A DNA stretch of 24,589 bases from Macrostomum lignano (taxonomy: Eukaryota): contig NIVC01005154.1 in NCBI GenBank assembly GCA_002269645.1, positions 1-24,589 on the forward strand, written 5' to 3'. Each line of letters opens with the position of its first letter. Within the stretch, counting starts at the first letter, position 1. Below the pieces are notes generated by a model. It was not told the origin of the DNA, ran no database searches, and saw nothing but the letters and a program-made list of their open reading frames with translations. A program made the position numbers and the translations under genes. Shown here in pieces: positions 9,718 to 20,500 of the stretch.

Positions 9718-10782
9718 GGCAACAAAGCAAAGTTACAAGACTAACAGGTGTCCCAAAAACCTTAATGACTCCTGTCCTGCTTTTGATGGCACATCGCATG
9801 ATCAGAGCCTGTGAGGTGCTGAAAACTGGCCTTATAATCTTAGTAATGACTTTTTAAAGCAGCATTTATCTTTTACCAGCGGTTGTCCTTGCAGCTCTAT
9901 TTATTCTCTATCGGTGTTGTACAATTTACAGTTTTACCTTTGCCTCTGGCGAATATTTCCTCTCAAACAGCTCTATAATTATAGAATTAAGTAGAATGCC
10001 TACTTTTAGTAGTAGAAAGCAATAAGCTGCTAGCAGGGCTTGGCGGCCTGTCTTTCGGTTTTTCAAGCTTTACTCGGTTTGTTTTTTGTTTTTGGCTAAA
10101 AAAATAACGACAAATTGCGACGCAGACTACTTGAGTTCTTAGCAAAGCTGCTAGCTAGCTAAAATGTTTAACTAAAATGCTATTTATGTAATAATTTCCC
10201 TTCTCTGTTGTAGCTGGACTTTGAGCTGCGCGTTTGGTAAATCTTTCTAAACAACAAGTTAGTGTAATATAATAAAAGCTTTTACTTCCAGCATGATGTC
10301 CTGCAGTTGTGCCAAATTTAGAGAATGATGACGTCATTAAAAACAATTCAAATTTAGAAATAAGCTCACTAGTTTGCCTATACTACTACTAGCCTGAGTA
10401 GGCAGTTTAGTGAGATTTCACAGGAGACAGCATGTTGGTGTTGTTCATTTATTGTTTATTTTATATCCTTGTTGCCTAGTTTTGTGTTGTTTTTTAGTTG
10501 TATGTTTATGAAATGCAATTTATAAATGTTGTGTTTAAAAAGACTGTCAATGTCTTGCATTCTGTGCCTGTTGGCCACTCATGCCGCATGTCAGCTTTGC
10601 GTGTTGTATTACTAAATAGATTGGCAAATTCAGCAGTGTCTTGACTGGCCCAGTAGGAAAATTACTGCACGCGCAGAATTTGTCTACTACTAGTAGTACA
10701 AATCAATATGACCGTGCAATATGTTATGCAAATGAGTGAAATCAACTAAAAAATCACAATTGATTCGTACGGAAATCCGCAG

Positions 10783-10940
10783 ACTTCGATCTGTCTGTCG
10801 CTCAGCGATTGCGAATGTCGTCTCGCCGGGCCGCCAAGTCGATGCGTCGCTCGGTGCCGCCTTCGATGCCGTCGTCGGTTTCCGGCTCCTTGGCTGCCGG
10901 GCTATCGAACTTGGGACCTCCGCGCAGTCCGCGCCAGTAG
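10783..10940 (+). CDS. RALGAPA: Candidate terminal exon B of RalGAP-alpha (DFDLSVAQRLRMSSRR...PPRSPRQ*)
   Basis: Isolated GC-rich island in AT-rich DNA; acceptor aaatccgcag|AC resembles the gene's other ccgcag acceptors and is phase-compatible; TAG 10938-10940 followed by an AT-rich tail. Confidence 0.5.
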
Positions 10941-11727
10941 CAAAAAATTATTTTTTTATTAAGATTTTTATTAAGATTTATGTTCCAGCTTTCGTATTCA
11001 TGGCACAGTCAGTCTGTTTATTTAGTAATTTTCATACGGTTATTTGTTTTGTTTGCGTGAACTCTGCTGCCGATATGTATCGAAAAGTAATTTTATAAAT
11101 GGAATCTTTACGTATAGATTCGTCTGTAGAGCTGCATAAGAGCTGTGGCTTTTAATAGGACTTAAAAGTACATTATGTTCTTCTATTCAATTTTTGCAAT
11201 CTAGCATAGCTTTCTCATCCCACAGGCTTTCCGAAAATTATTTACCAACCCGTGCAATATGCTGTCCGCGCGTGTCACGTGACGCTGGATTGCCAATCAT
11301 TTTCTACAGAATGCCTCGCGCGCATTCATGCTCTGTTCGCTTTGCATACTTGTGATTATCTCATTTTTATCTGTAAAACTTCGATCAGCAGTTGATTAAT
11401 CTCTCTTCGTTTCTTCTCGGAATGCTAAAGCCATTCTGGTCGGCTAAGTCACATTAAACGGAATTTGCTCGGCTTTATTGCAGATTAACGCTCGAAGCTT
11501 GCTAAGATTTATCGGACTAGCTAAATCTCAGCTTCCTTGGCTTTCATCTTCTGCCGCTGTAGCCAGATTTTAAACTGCACTTTTATGCGCACAGGTCTTC
11601 AAATCAGTGTAAAAATAATATTTTATTTGAAGCGAACGATCTAACCTCACACGACACTTGCTGGTGGGGCAGAGCATCTTAGTACAATGATTGGACAGCC
11701 ATGTACTTTTGTGGGTTAATTCTACTC

Positions 11728-12355
11728 CCCAACCCTTCAGTGTGGGCCACCGCTCCACCCCCCCAACCCTTCAGTGTAGGCCACCGCTCCACCCCCCAAC
11801 CCTTCAGTGTGGGCCACCGCTCTACCCCCCCCCCAACCCTTCAGGGTGGGCCACCGCTCTACCCCCCCCCAAACCCTTCAGTGTAGGCCACCGCTCTACC
11901 CCCCCCCAACCCTTCAGTGTAGGCCACCGCTCTACCCCCCCCCCCAACCCTTCAGGGTGGGCCACCGCTCTACCCCCCCAAACCCTTCAGTGTAGGCCAC
12001 CTCTCTACCCCCAACCCTTCAGTGTAGGCCACCGCTCTACCCCCCCCCCAACCCTTCAGGGTGGGCCACCGCTCTACCCCCCCAAACCCTTCAGTGTAGG
12101 CCACCTCTCTACCCCCCAACCCTTCAGTGTAGGCCACCTCTCTACCCCCCCAACCCTTCAGTGTGGGCCACCGCTCTACCCCCCCCAAACCCTTCAGTGT
12201 AGGCCACCGCTCTACCCCCCCCCCAACCCTTCAGTGTAGGCCACCGCTCTACCCCCCACCCCCAACCCTTCAGTGTAGGCCACCGCTCTACCCCCCCCCA
12301 ACCCTTCAGTGTAGGCCACTGCTCTACCCACCTCCCCAACCCTTCAGGCCACCGC
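11728..12355 (+). repeat. C-rich minisatellite, about 18 units of aacccttcagtgtaggccaccgctctac plus a variable poly-C run
   Basis: Direct reading; unit length varies with the C-run. Confidence 0.95.
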
Positions 12356-13751
12356 TCTATCCCTTGACCTGCATTGAAACCCTGCCATCTTTCACGTTGT
12401 TAGCCACCACAAAGAACCCAAAATAAAATTGACAATTCACAGTTTAACTTAATAAATGTTACATATTTGGATGGTTCGCTCATTCATTGTAGCGCTGTTT
12501 GTTTTTTTGCTGTGTAATATTTGTCAGTGAATTTTCGGAACTCTTGTCGTGATTGTTTTGTTAAGCCCTTGTTAATGGCTGCCAATGTCTCTCGGAACAA
12601 AATAAATATATTAATGAGCATCGGCGCTTCTGCAATTTCCTTACCCACAGAAGCGCGCATTATTATAAATTTGTTTAACAAAAGTGACGGCCTTTTTGAC
12701 TGGAATTTCGGTTCACTTATTCGAACAGGTCAATTAGTTCAGCCAAGACAAGCGGTTGGATTCGACAGGACTTCCTGTCTTGCATTAGTTGGCTTGCTGG
12801 TGCGAAACAGCCTCCGGCATAAATACCCTGCCAGGCTGCTTCCTCCCACAGCATTGCCACAAGCCAACAATATGTCAGAAATGACATCCAATCAGAAATC
12901 GAAGGCGAAAACCGGTTTGCACTACTCAACCCCGATGCGGAGCAGTAGTAGCATGTGCCGGCAGCGCAGCTCGGCACAGCAGACCGAGGCGCAGGCGCCG
13001 GACGTTGAATTGCACGGAATGAGGGTAAAAAGCTTTGATTGATTGGTTGTTGCTCCTTTAGGTGCTTGGAAATTGAAGCGTACATGTACATGTAGCATGC
13101 GAATGCCTAGGTGCATGCGTAGGAGGTTATCACATCGCTCTGCAGGTGACGGAAGACATTCTTGGCCTATATATTCGTCTTCCTTATTGCATGCAGTCAG
13201 CTGCTCAGTGAACATACTGTAGAGATCTATGCATCCGACTCAACGCGTCAACTGGAGTATGTACAGGCAACTGGGTTCGAATCGCACGCCCACAAAAACT
13301 TTGGATTTCTGCGCGAAAACTGAGGACCTGGGCCAGTTTCATAAACTACTGGTCATTTTTCTAGATTAGAGGCAGGGCCTTTGCACACCCTGGCGCACTT
13401 AATTTAAGCGACATTGTGACAACTGGCGAGGAGGCATTGCTGCCCCTGCATTCCGCCGACTCCCCTGAGCAGGCACACAAGCGCGCCGTACGCAGTCATA
13501 CGCACAGGCACACACTCTCACAGGAGTGTACAGCGCGGCCCTAACTTTATTTATCGTTAGCTAGGCATGTACACTTCACTAGCTGTTTATTGCACAAGCC
13601 GAGATTCCAATTTACATGTAGTCCCAAATTAATGTGAATCGAGTTTGTCAAACAACTTTCTAGCTGTGTGATGTGCATCCGGTCACAGCCAGCCCCTGAC
13701 CAATATTGTGACTGTGCAATCGAGATTGGTAAAGGCAACTGTTCGCCGAAC

Positions 13752-14077
13752 AATACACTACGGAGATAGGAAGCTTTTTTTCAGCACAAAAATTGTTATT
13801 GCTTTAGATAGGAGGCAGACCCAGTGTTCATTTTTTGAAATGATGTGCCTTTCTTATAGTTTTATTGATATTTATAAAGCTTTTCGTTCAGAAAATTAGG
13901 ATTCTATGTTAATTTTTGATCCTATACGAACAATTGCGCATGTCCTGTGCCTAAAAACCATTAAAATGGCGCGGCTCAGCAGGCACAACATATCAAAAAA
14001 TGAACATTGGATCTGCCTCACATCAAAAGCAATAACAATTTTTGTGCTAAAAAAACTTCCTATCTCCGTAGTGTATT
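13752..14077. mobile_element. Foldback/MITE-like element with about 99-bp inverted arms
   Basis: 13752-13850 vs the reverse complement of 13981-14077: about 9 differences by manual alignment; TA-CACTAC...GTAGTG-TA. Confidence 0.75.
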
Positions 14078-14790
14078 TTTTCGGAAAACCAGCCTTCAAA
14101 AATTTTTCCAAAAACGAGATTTCCCATCCTACTTAAGTAGTCCTTGACAAAAGCTGAGGACACGACCCCAATCTCAGCAATTGAAATATTAGTCATGTAC
14201 AGTACCACCTAATGCGAAAGACTGAAAAATGCTGTAAAAAAAGGTTAAAACCAAGCAAGAAGCTCGATCGCCTCCCAGTCTTCTAGCTCTCTGCTAGCTC
14301 ACCTTCTCATCTCCCAACTCATTCGCTGTTTAAGAGTCACTTTTGATTGAAACAGTTAGTACTCAAATCTAATTACCAAAACTGATAAACCGACAGCCAA
14401 TCCTTTCCCTACAATAGACTGAACCTTCTGTTCTTACCCGGAGCATCTTTCTTATATTTTATTCCTTGTAAGACAAACATCTCGAGTTTGTGAACATCAA
14501 ATACAACGGTAAGTTAATATCAAGTGATTGAATCATCAGGAAAAGTCAGTCGAATCCGCCGCCTCAGTTACTTGGCTCTCACATCGGTAATTGAAGTTAC
14601 GAGCAATTATAGAGCCTTAGTAGTGAGAGACCAGAAGTCCAAAGACAACCAAGATATACGCAATATTTCAAATTTCAAGTACACGTGTGCATGTCACTAA
14701 ATTAATTGTTATCGAATCGCACAGCAAACTTCCCACTGCTGACCTCGAAGGTCTCATTCGACAGACTGCAGCGATATTCAACGGTCCCAG

Positions 14791-15165
14791 ATGCTGCTCA
14801 TGTTTCTTCTGCTGCTGCTGCTACAAGCACCAGCAAGAAATCTGCTGCAGGAAGTCGGCGGCAAGAGCGGCTGGACTCCGTCAGGACAGCCGGTTCCGAT
14901 GCCGATCGCTGCTGCAGCTTCGAATGCAGCAGCTGCGACATGCTTTTGTGAGATGAGGCAGCTGCACGAGTTCCTGCACCAGCGCCTGCTGCAGCAGGAT
15001 CTGGTCCTTCATCCGCCTCTGTGGCACTCGAGCTGGCACGCCTGCTGCAGCAACGAATGCTTCTGCTGCTGCGAATGTAATTTCTGCTTCAATCGTACAG
15101 CTCCTGATGAATGCTGCATCAGGGACGGGCACGAGGAGTCGTGCTGCTGCGACTGCGGCTGCTGA
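14791..15165 (+). CDS. Candidate small secreted Cys-rich protein (124 aa, 17 Cys); strand and frame uncertain
   Basis: GC-rich island; hydrophobic N-terminus MLLMFLLLLLLQAPA, G/C-ending codons, upstream in-frame stop at 14740; competing frames on both strands. Confidence 0.3.
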   Translation: MLLMFLLLLLLQAPARNLLQEVGGKSGWTPSGQPVPMPIAAAASNAAAATCFCEMRQLHEFLHQRLLQQDLVLHPPLWHSSWHACCSNECFCCCECNFCFNRTAPDECCIRDGHEESCCCDCGC

Positions 15166-15426
15166 TCGCCGAAAACTTCCAGATAAACTGTCACTCTGCA
15201 GTGCTCTTGTAAAATCCCATGTACACATAAATACTGCGCTAACGGAAAGTTTTACAGCTCTGCTTACATGTCTGTTATCAGGCAAAAAACTGCTTGCTCA
15301 TGGTTAGCGGACCAAGTTTTATCCCATTTTTGGGACACGTCTGTTGTTTGAAGATAGCATTATCGATATAATATTCGGTTCTAATAAGCATGCTGCTCCA
15401 TGTGAATGTATGTCTTAGGGTTAGGA

Positions 15427-15885
<459 letters not shown>

Positions 15886-15888
15886 GAA

Positions 15889-15917
15889 TTAGGGTTAGGG
15901 CTAGGGCTAGGGCTAGG
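15889..15917 (+). repeat. Short telomere-like tract (TTAGGG)2(CTAGGG)2CTAGG
   Basis: Direct reading. Confidence 0.8.
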
Positions 15918-17496
15918 TTTAAATGTAAAGGGTTAGCTTCGATCGGCAGCAATTTGTAGCAGTCAAATGTCGAGGAGTATTTTCCCCGGATCTCAATCAT
16001 TTTTAATGCATTACAAGCGTTGTTTACATAAATTCTGTGTAAATACCGGTATGAACCCTGCGAATACATTAAACGTAATGTAAATGATTTAAAACAGAAC
16101 AAATAAATAAATATAAGCAATTTCTATTTGGCTAAATCAAATTTCAATCGCTGGTATTTATTAATTGTTAAAAGCATGGGAAATTACGTACATGCAGTTG
16201 ATATTGCTTCAAAAAAATGATTTCTACGATTCAGCAATAGGCTGTATAGCATAAACAAATTATAAATATTAGCAGTACATACTAACTAGACTATCTAGAT
16301 AAACTAGATGTGTCACTCGAATTTGAAGTTGTGAAAAAGAATAGCGTCTCTACTCTTTCTTCAGTGGTTTGTCTGCGCATTGTCACTTAAATTTGATGCG
16401 GCACCTAAAATTTCCTTTTCTTCCTCGGCCGGTCTTGGCCTCAGGAACAGATGAGATTGAGAATGAAAAACAGCATTTATCTCGGTGTACACAAGTGAAC
16501 GCAAGTCGGACGAAACTCAGTCTAGAGGCAGGCCTAATCTAGCCCAGCCAATGAGAGCCCAGAGAGGAGAGAGGTCAAAGTTAGACGGACGAAACCCAGC
16601 TTTATGTATGGGGCAGGCCCAATCTAGCTCAGCCAATGAGATTGAATTAGGGAGAGAGTTTGGTTTGGCTGTCAAAGTCAGACGTACAAGCGGGCAAGAG
16701 GGAAGCCAAGCTACAAAGTTCAAATTTCAAAGCAAAAACGTTAATTTTGCGTCTTGATAGAGTAGATGAACGCATTTCGCGAGTGGCATATCTAGTTGTT
16801 CTAGAATTTGTGGTAATATCTAAGTATTGTATCGCAGATATTGGCAGAATAGCTAGTAAACAATAGATATAGGAAAGGAATTGCAGTATGCTAATAGTTT
16901 GAAAATAGCGTGTAAAATCCAGCGCTACCAAACAAATAGAGGTATTTCAAAATCCGGCACGGATAGTAAAAAGGCTTGCAGAGTAGAATCAATGCGTTAT
17001 TTGATTAGGTTAGGGCTGATTATGAAAGTATCCATGGCTTAAAGAGATATTTTGAGCCAAATATGCATTAAGCGTCAAGTTTGGCTATGGTATAAATGTT
17101 TCAGGATAGCTCATTAGTTTCTTATCAAAAATCTAGACAAAGGATAACTTTAAACCATTCTTAGTCCCAGTGCTAATTTTAATACGACATAAGCAACCCC
17201 CTTACCCCAGGCCAGATTGTAAACAGTTCGCTGCTCTCTTCAACACACTGGCGTCAGGGTAACCCCGCCCGCCCCGTCACCCCTTTATCGATTTCTTAGG
17301 CTTCCAGTGTACAGTTGTAAGGACTCGGATGTACATCTGTGTGAATTGCCTCAGCTATATAGGGATAGAGAATAGAAAAGAATGTACAAAGACGGAAATT
17401 TTAATTTCTTAAAAAATTGCAAGCTGTCTAAGAAATTATTTATATGCGCGATGAAATTAGCTTTTACAGTAAAAAGTGACTTCACAGCAGATTGCA

Positions 17497-17555
17497 TCAC
17501 CTCTTCAGTTGCACCAATAAGCCAGTTCTGTCCGTCGAGTTCGAGCTAGCGGTTA
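17497..17555 (-). CDS. Candidate terminal (or penultimate) exon of the papilin-like gene, VTASSNSTDRTGLLVQLKR*
   Basis: Acceptor cacatttgacag| is phase-1 compatible; TGA 17499-17497 overlaps a possible donor AG|gtgatg. Confidence 0.45.
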
Positions 17556-20500
17556 CTGTCAAATGTGGGTGGGTGTAGTTGATAGTAGTCACTTTAGGCT
17601 CTAGAAATTTGGTTCTATTTTTTTTTTCTAAATTCAAAAGGCCGCTGCTCCATCCTAGTTGAATTACATCAAAGAAACCGCCTTTCCGAGTCTCCATCCT
17701 AGCGATGCTACATCAAAGAGGCCGCTCGCTCTCCATCCTAGGCTACACGCAGTGCACCAGAGGCCAACTTCCAATCAGCTCGAGCTCATTTTTAAGTTGT
17801 ACTTATAACACCCGTAATGGAAAAGTTGTTGTATCTTTGGTTTAGTACTTCAGCTCTTCCACCTGAAATTACCTGCAATGCATCGAATGACAAAGTTGCT
17901 GCAGTTGATGCTGGAGCTGGGGCAGACTGCCTTGCAGATCTGACCATCGGGGCAGACGCCACTACCTTCGCCATCAGCGCCGCAGGGTGACACGCAGTCG
18001 CACGTTGGGCAGCCATTGGCGTCATTCACGTAGCCGTAGCGGCACTTCAGCTGGCATCGACTTGGTTGACACTCTGCAAATTGGATCATGTTTGAAACGG
18101 TGATTGCATCGGTCTCGAGAATTTTTAATGACCCCTATATGTTAGTCACATTTGCAGTCATACGCTCGTAGTATACATAGTAGTAGTTGCGTAACACTTT
18201 CAAACAGGCACTCCATGGATTCAAAATCCCGATGTCAATAACCTGATAGCTCAATGCTTACTAGACAGAACAGTTACATTGACGCGGTTGGACTCGGCCG
18301 TCTCCAGCCCGTTGCCTAGGCGGCAGAAGTACCGCCCGGCGTCCTCGCGACGCAGAGCCGCCAGATGTAGCGGGCCTGAAGCGCCAATCGGCGTCGGCTG
18401 CGGTCGCCCAGCACCTCCTTGTACCAGAACGTCCAGTACGGCGCCGGGTGCCCACCAAGGGACGCACAGGTCAACAGGAGTGAGTCACCGACGGAGAGCT
18501 CAACCGAAGTGGACTCAGTGCTGGCGGCTGCCATGGCCACCGCGCCGGAGAGGGGTTCGCGGTACTGGACTAGGACAGTGCGAGAGTCCGGCTGGCCGAT
18601 GCTGTTGCCAGCCTGGCAGAGGTACACGCCCTCGGCGCCCGGTTGAGCTGTTAGGCGCAGCCTGGCACCCTGCGCGTCGCAATGAGGATGACAATAAGGA
18701 TGAGTGAGATTCTTTCCACAACCTTGGAAAATATTAACCCGAATTTTTCGACCGGATGTTTTTGACTCGACCCGGATCTAGACAGGATAAAATAAACCCA
18801 AACCAAACCACCGTAAATACGTTATTTAGGAGCTTAAAAAGATTTGGACCACTCCGATTGGGTCAGTTCACTATCAGTTCACCTAGAAACCAGGTCAATT
18901 TTTCGGGTTAAGGCTGGGGTTGTTACGTTTATGGTTACTAGTATCAGGGTTTGGAATAGGGTTGTTAATGTTAGGGCTTAAGAAGACAAAATTAAAAGAT
19001 GTCGTATGTTTGCTCTTGTCAGTGTGCCCCACAGAATATGTATATTCTGTGGTGTGCCCTGCTCAAGGACAACTTTTGTAAGGATAAACAAGTTATCAAC
19101 GAAGTTCCCTTGCAGTAGCATTAAGCAACGAAAATTTAATAACTGCGGCCTTATAAAATTCAAAACCTTTGATATAATGCCTCTTTACGCTCGTAATGAC
19201 GTAATGGCAAAACCTATACTCGTATGTTTCTCAAGACTGCAGTATTCTTTATATACAAAATCTAAGCTCACTGAAATACTCAAAGAACTTGAATTACGAG
19301 CGTATACGGGAATAAATACTCGAGAAATACTTATTAAGGGACATTTCCCACTTTTAATAAATCGTTGACCCTCTTCTAAAGTAGTACCTCAGCCAGGGGC
19401 CCCAGCTGGAGCTGGTCGTATCGGAACCACCGCACCGTGGGCGGCGGCTGGCCCCGGACCTCGCACACCAGCAGTGCAGTCTGGTTCCGACTCGTCAACG
19501 GCAGGCCGGAAGTCGTCACTCCATTGATTCTGGCCGGAGACAGCACGCTTAGTCGGACGGTGTTGAATACGAGGTCACCGTTACCATGACAACGATAGGC
19601 GCCAGAATCAGAGAGCTCGGCGTGAGCGAACCACAGGGCGCTACCAGGCGGGTCAGACGGCTGATTGTCGTCGTCAAGACTGACTCGATCGTCGAGTCCG
19701 ATTGAAATCCTGCGATAATCAGCAAATACAGGATGGTGTTTTGTAGAAAGTTTTGAACCGCGCTTCACATTTAAGGTTTACGGTTTTAAAAGCGTGCTGT
19801 GCACGAAATAGAAGGAACACGCTCTAATACTCGCGTTTGGTATGTTGCTTATACAGGGCGGTAGGATATTTCTTCGTGCTCTGCAATTGTTGCTTCTTCT
19901 TCTCTCTGCCTCCGGCCGTTCCGCTAAGCCTTCTTGGCGACTTTTTCCAACGATTGCAATGGAGATATCATGCGCTCCTATTTTACGCTTACAGCTGGTG
20001 AAATTTTCGAACACAACTCATCTGTACGCGCTTTCCAAAAACGCACCCGTCTTTTTTCCATACGACGGCTGCCACCGAAGTCTCAGACTGCGGCTCTGTC
20101 CCGAGACGAACTGCGCGGCGGCAGGCCAATCGAACCGGCTGTCCTTCGATTGCTGTCACGAACTCGGACGATCCTTCGTCCTTCGAGTCAACGCGAGGGG
20201 ATGCAGTGCGAGCTGCAAGTAGAGGATATTGCGTTTTAAACACTATAGGATTACCGCTAGCATGCTAGACATGCTAATCCGTCCCTGACATTAATATTCC
20301 ACTGGCTAGCGACCTCACTAAGGACCATCCTGAGCTATAAAAGTAGGAATTATTTACAGGTCTCGCAGGTGACATTCATCTCAGCGCACTGCAAGCCACT
20401 GCAGTGCACCCTGCACCGCTCCAACGGCCCACAGCGACCCGCAGCGGCGCACGGATCGTGGCAGCGGCAGACGCGGCAGCCGGACTCGGCAGGGTGAATC

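Noticed and set aside
10795-10935. Minus-strand reading LRGGPKFDSPAAKEPETDDG...RNR*
   Set aside because: No plausible acceptor or start; best explained as the antisense shadow of candidate RalGAP exon B
11728-12355. CRISPR-like repeat-spacer appearance (also the 62-bp repeat at 4793-5024)
   Set aside because: No unique spacers (poly-C only, or none), eukaryotic context, no cas genes
13184-13192. TTATTGCATG-like end of a flatworm spliced-leader sequence (recalled from memory)
   Set aside because: Match is only about 10 nt; upstream leader, GT donor and Sm site are absent
13225-13292. GGTTCGAATC tRNA T-loop/B-box (also GGTTCGAAT near 23912)
   Set aside because: Flanks do not pair as a T-stem, no cloverleaf or A-box; at most a decayed SINE remnant
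15043-15090. CCSNEC-x8-C matching the insulin A-chain pattern
   Set aside because: No B-chain C-x11-C or dibasic processing sites; the match is expected by chance in a Cys-dense stretch
16508-16595. Two GGACGAAAC motifs resembling the hammerhead ribozyme core
   Set aside because: No upstream CTGANGA box or stem II
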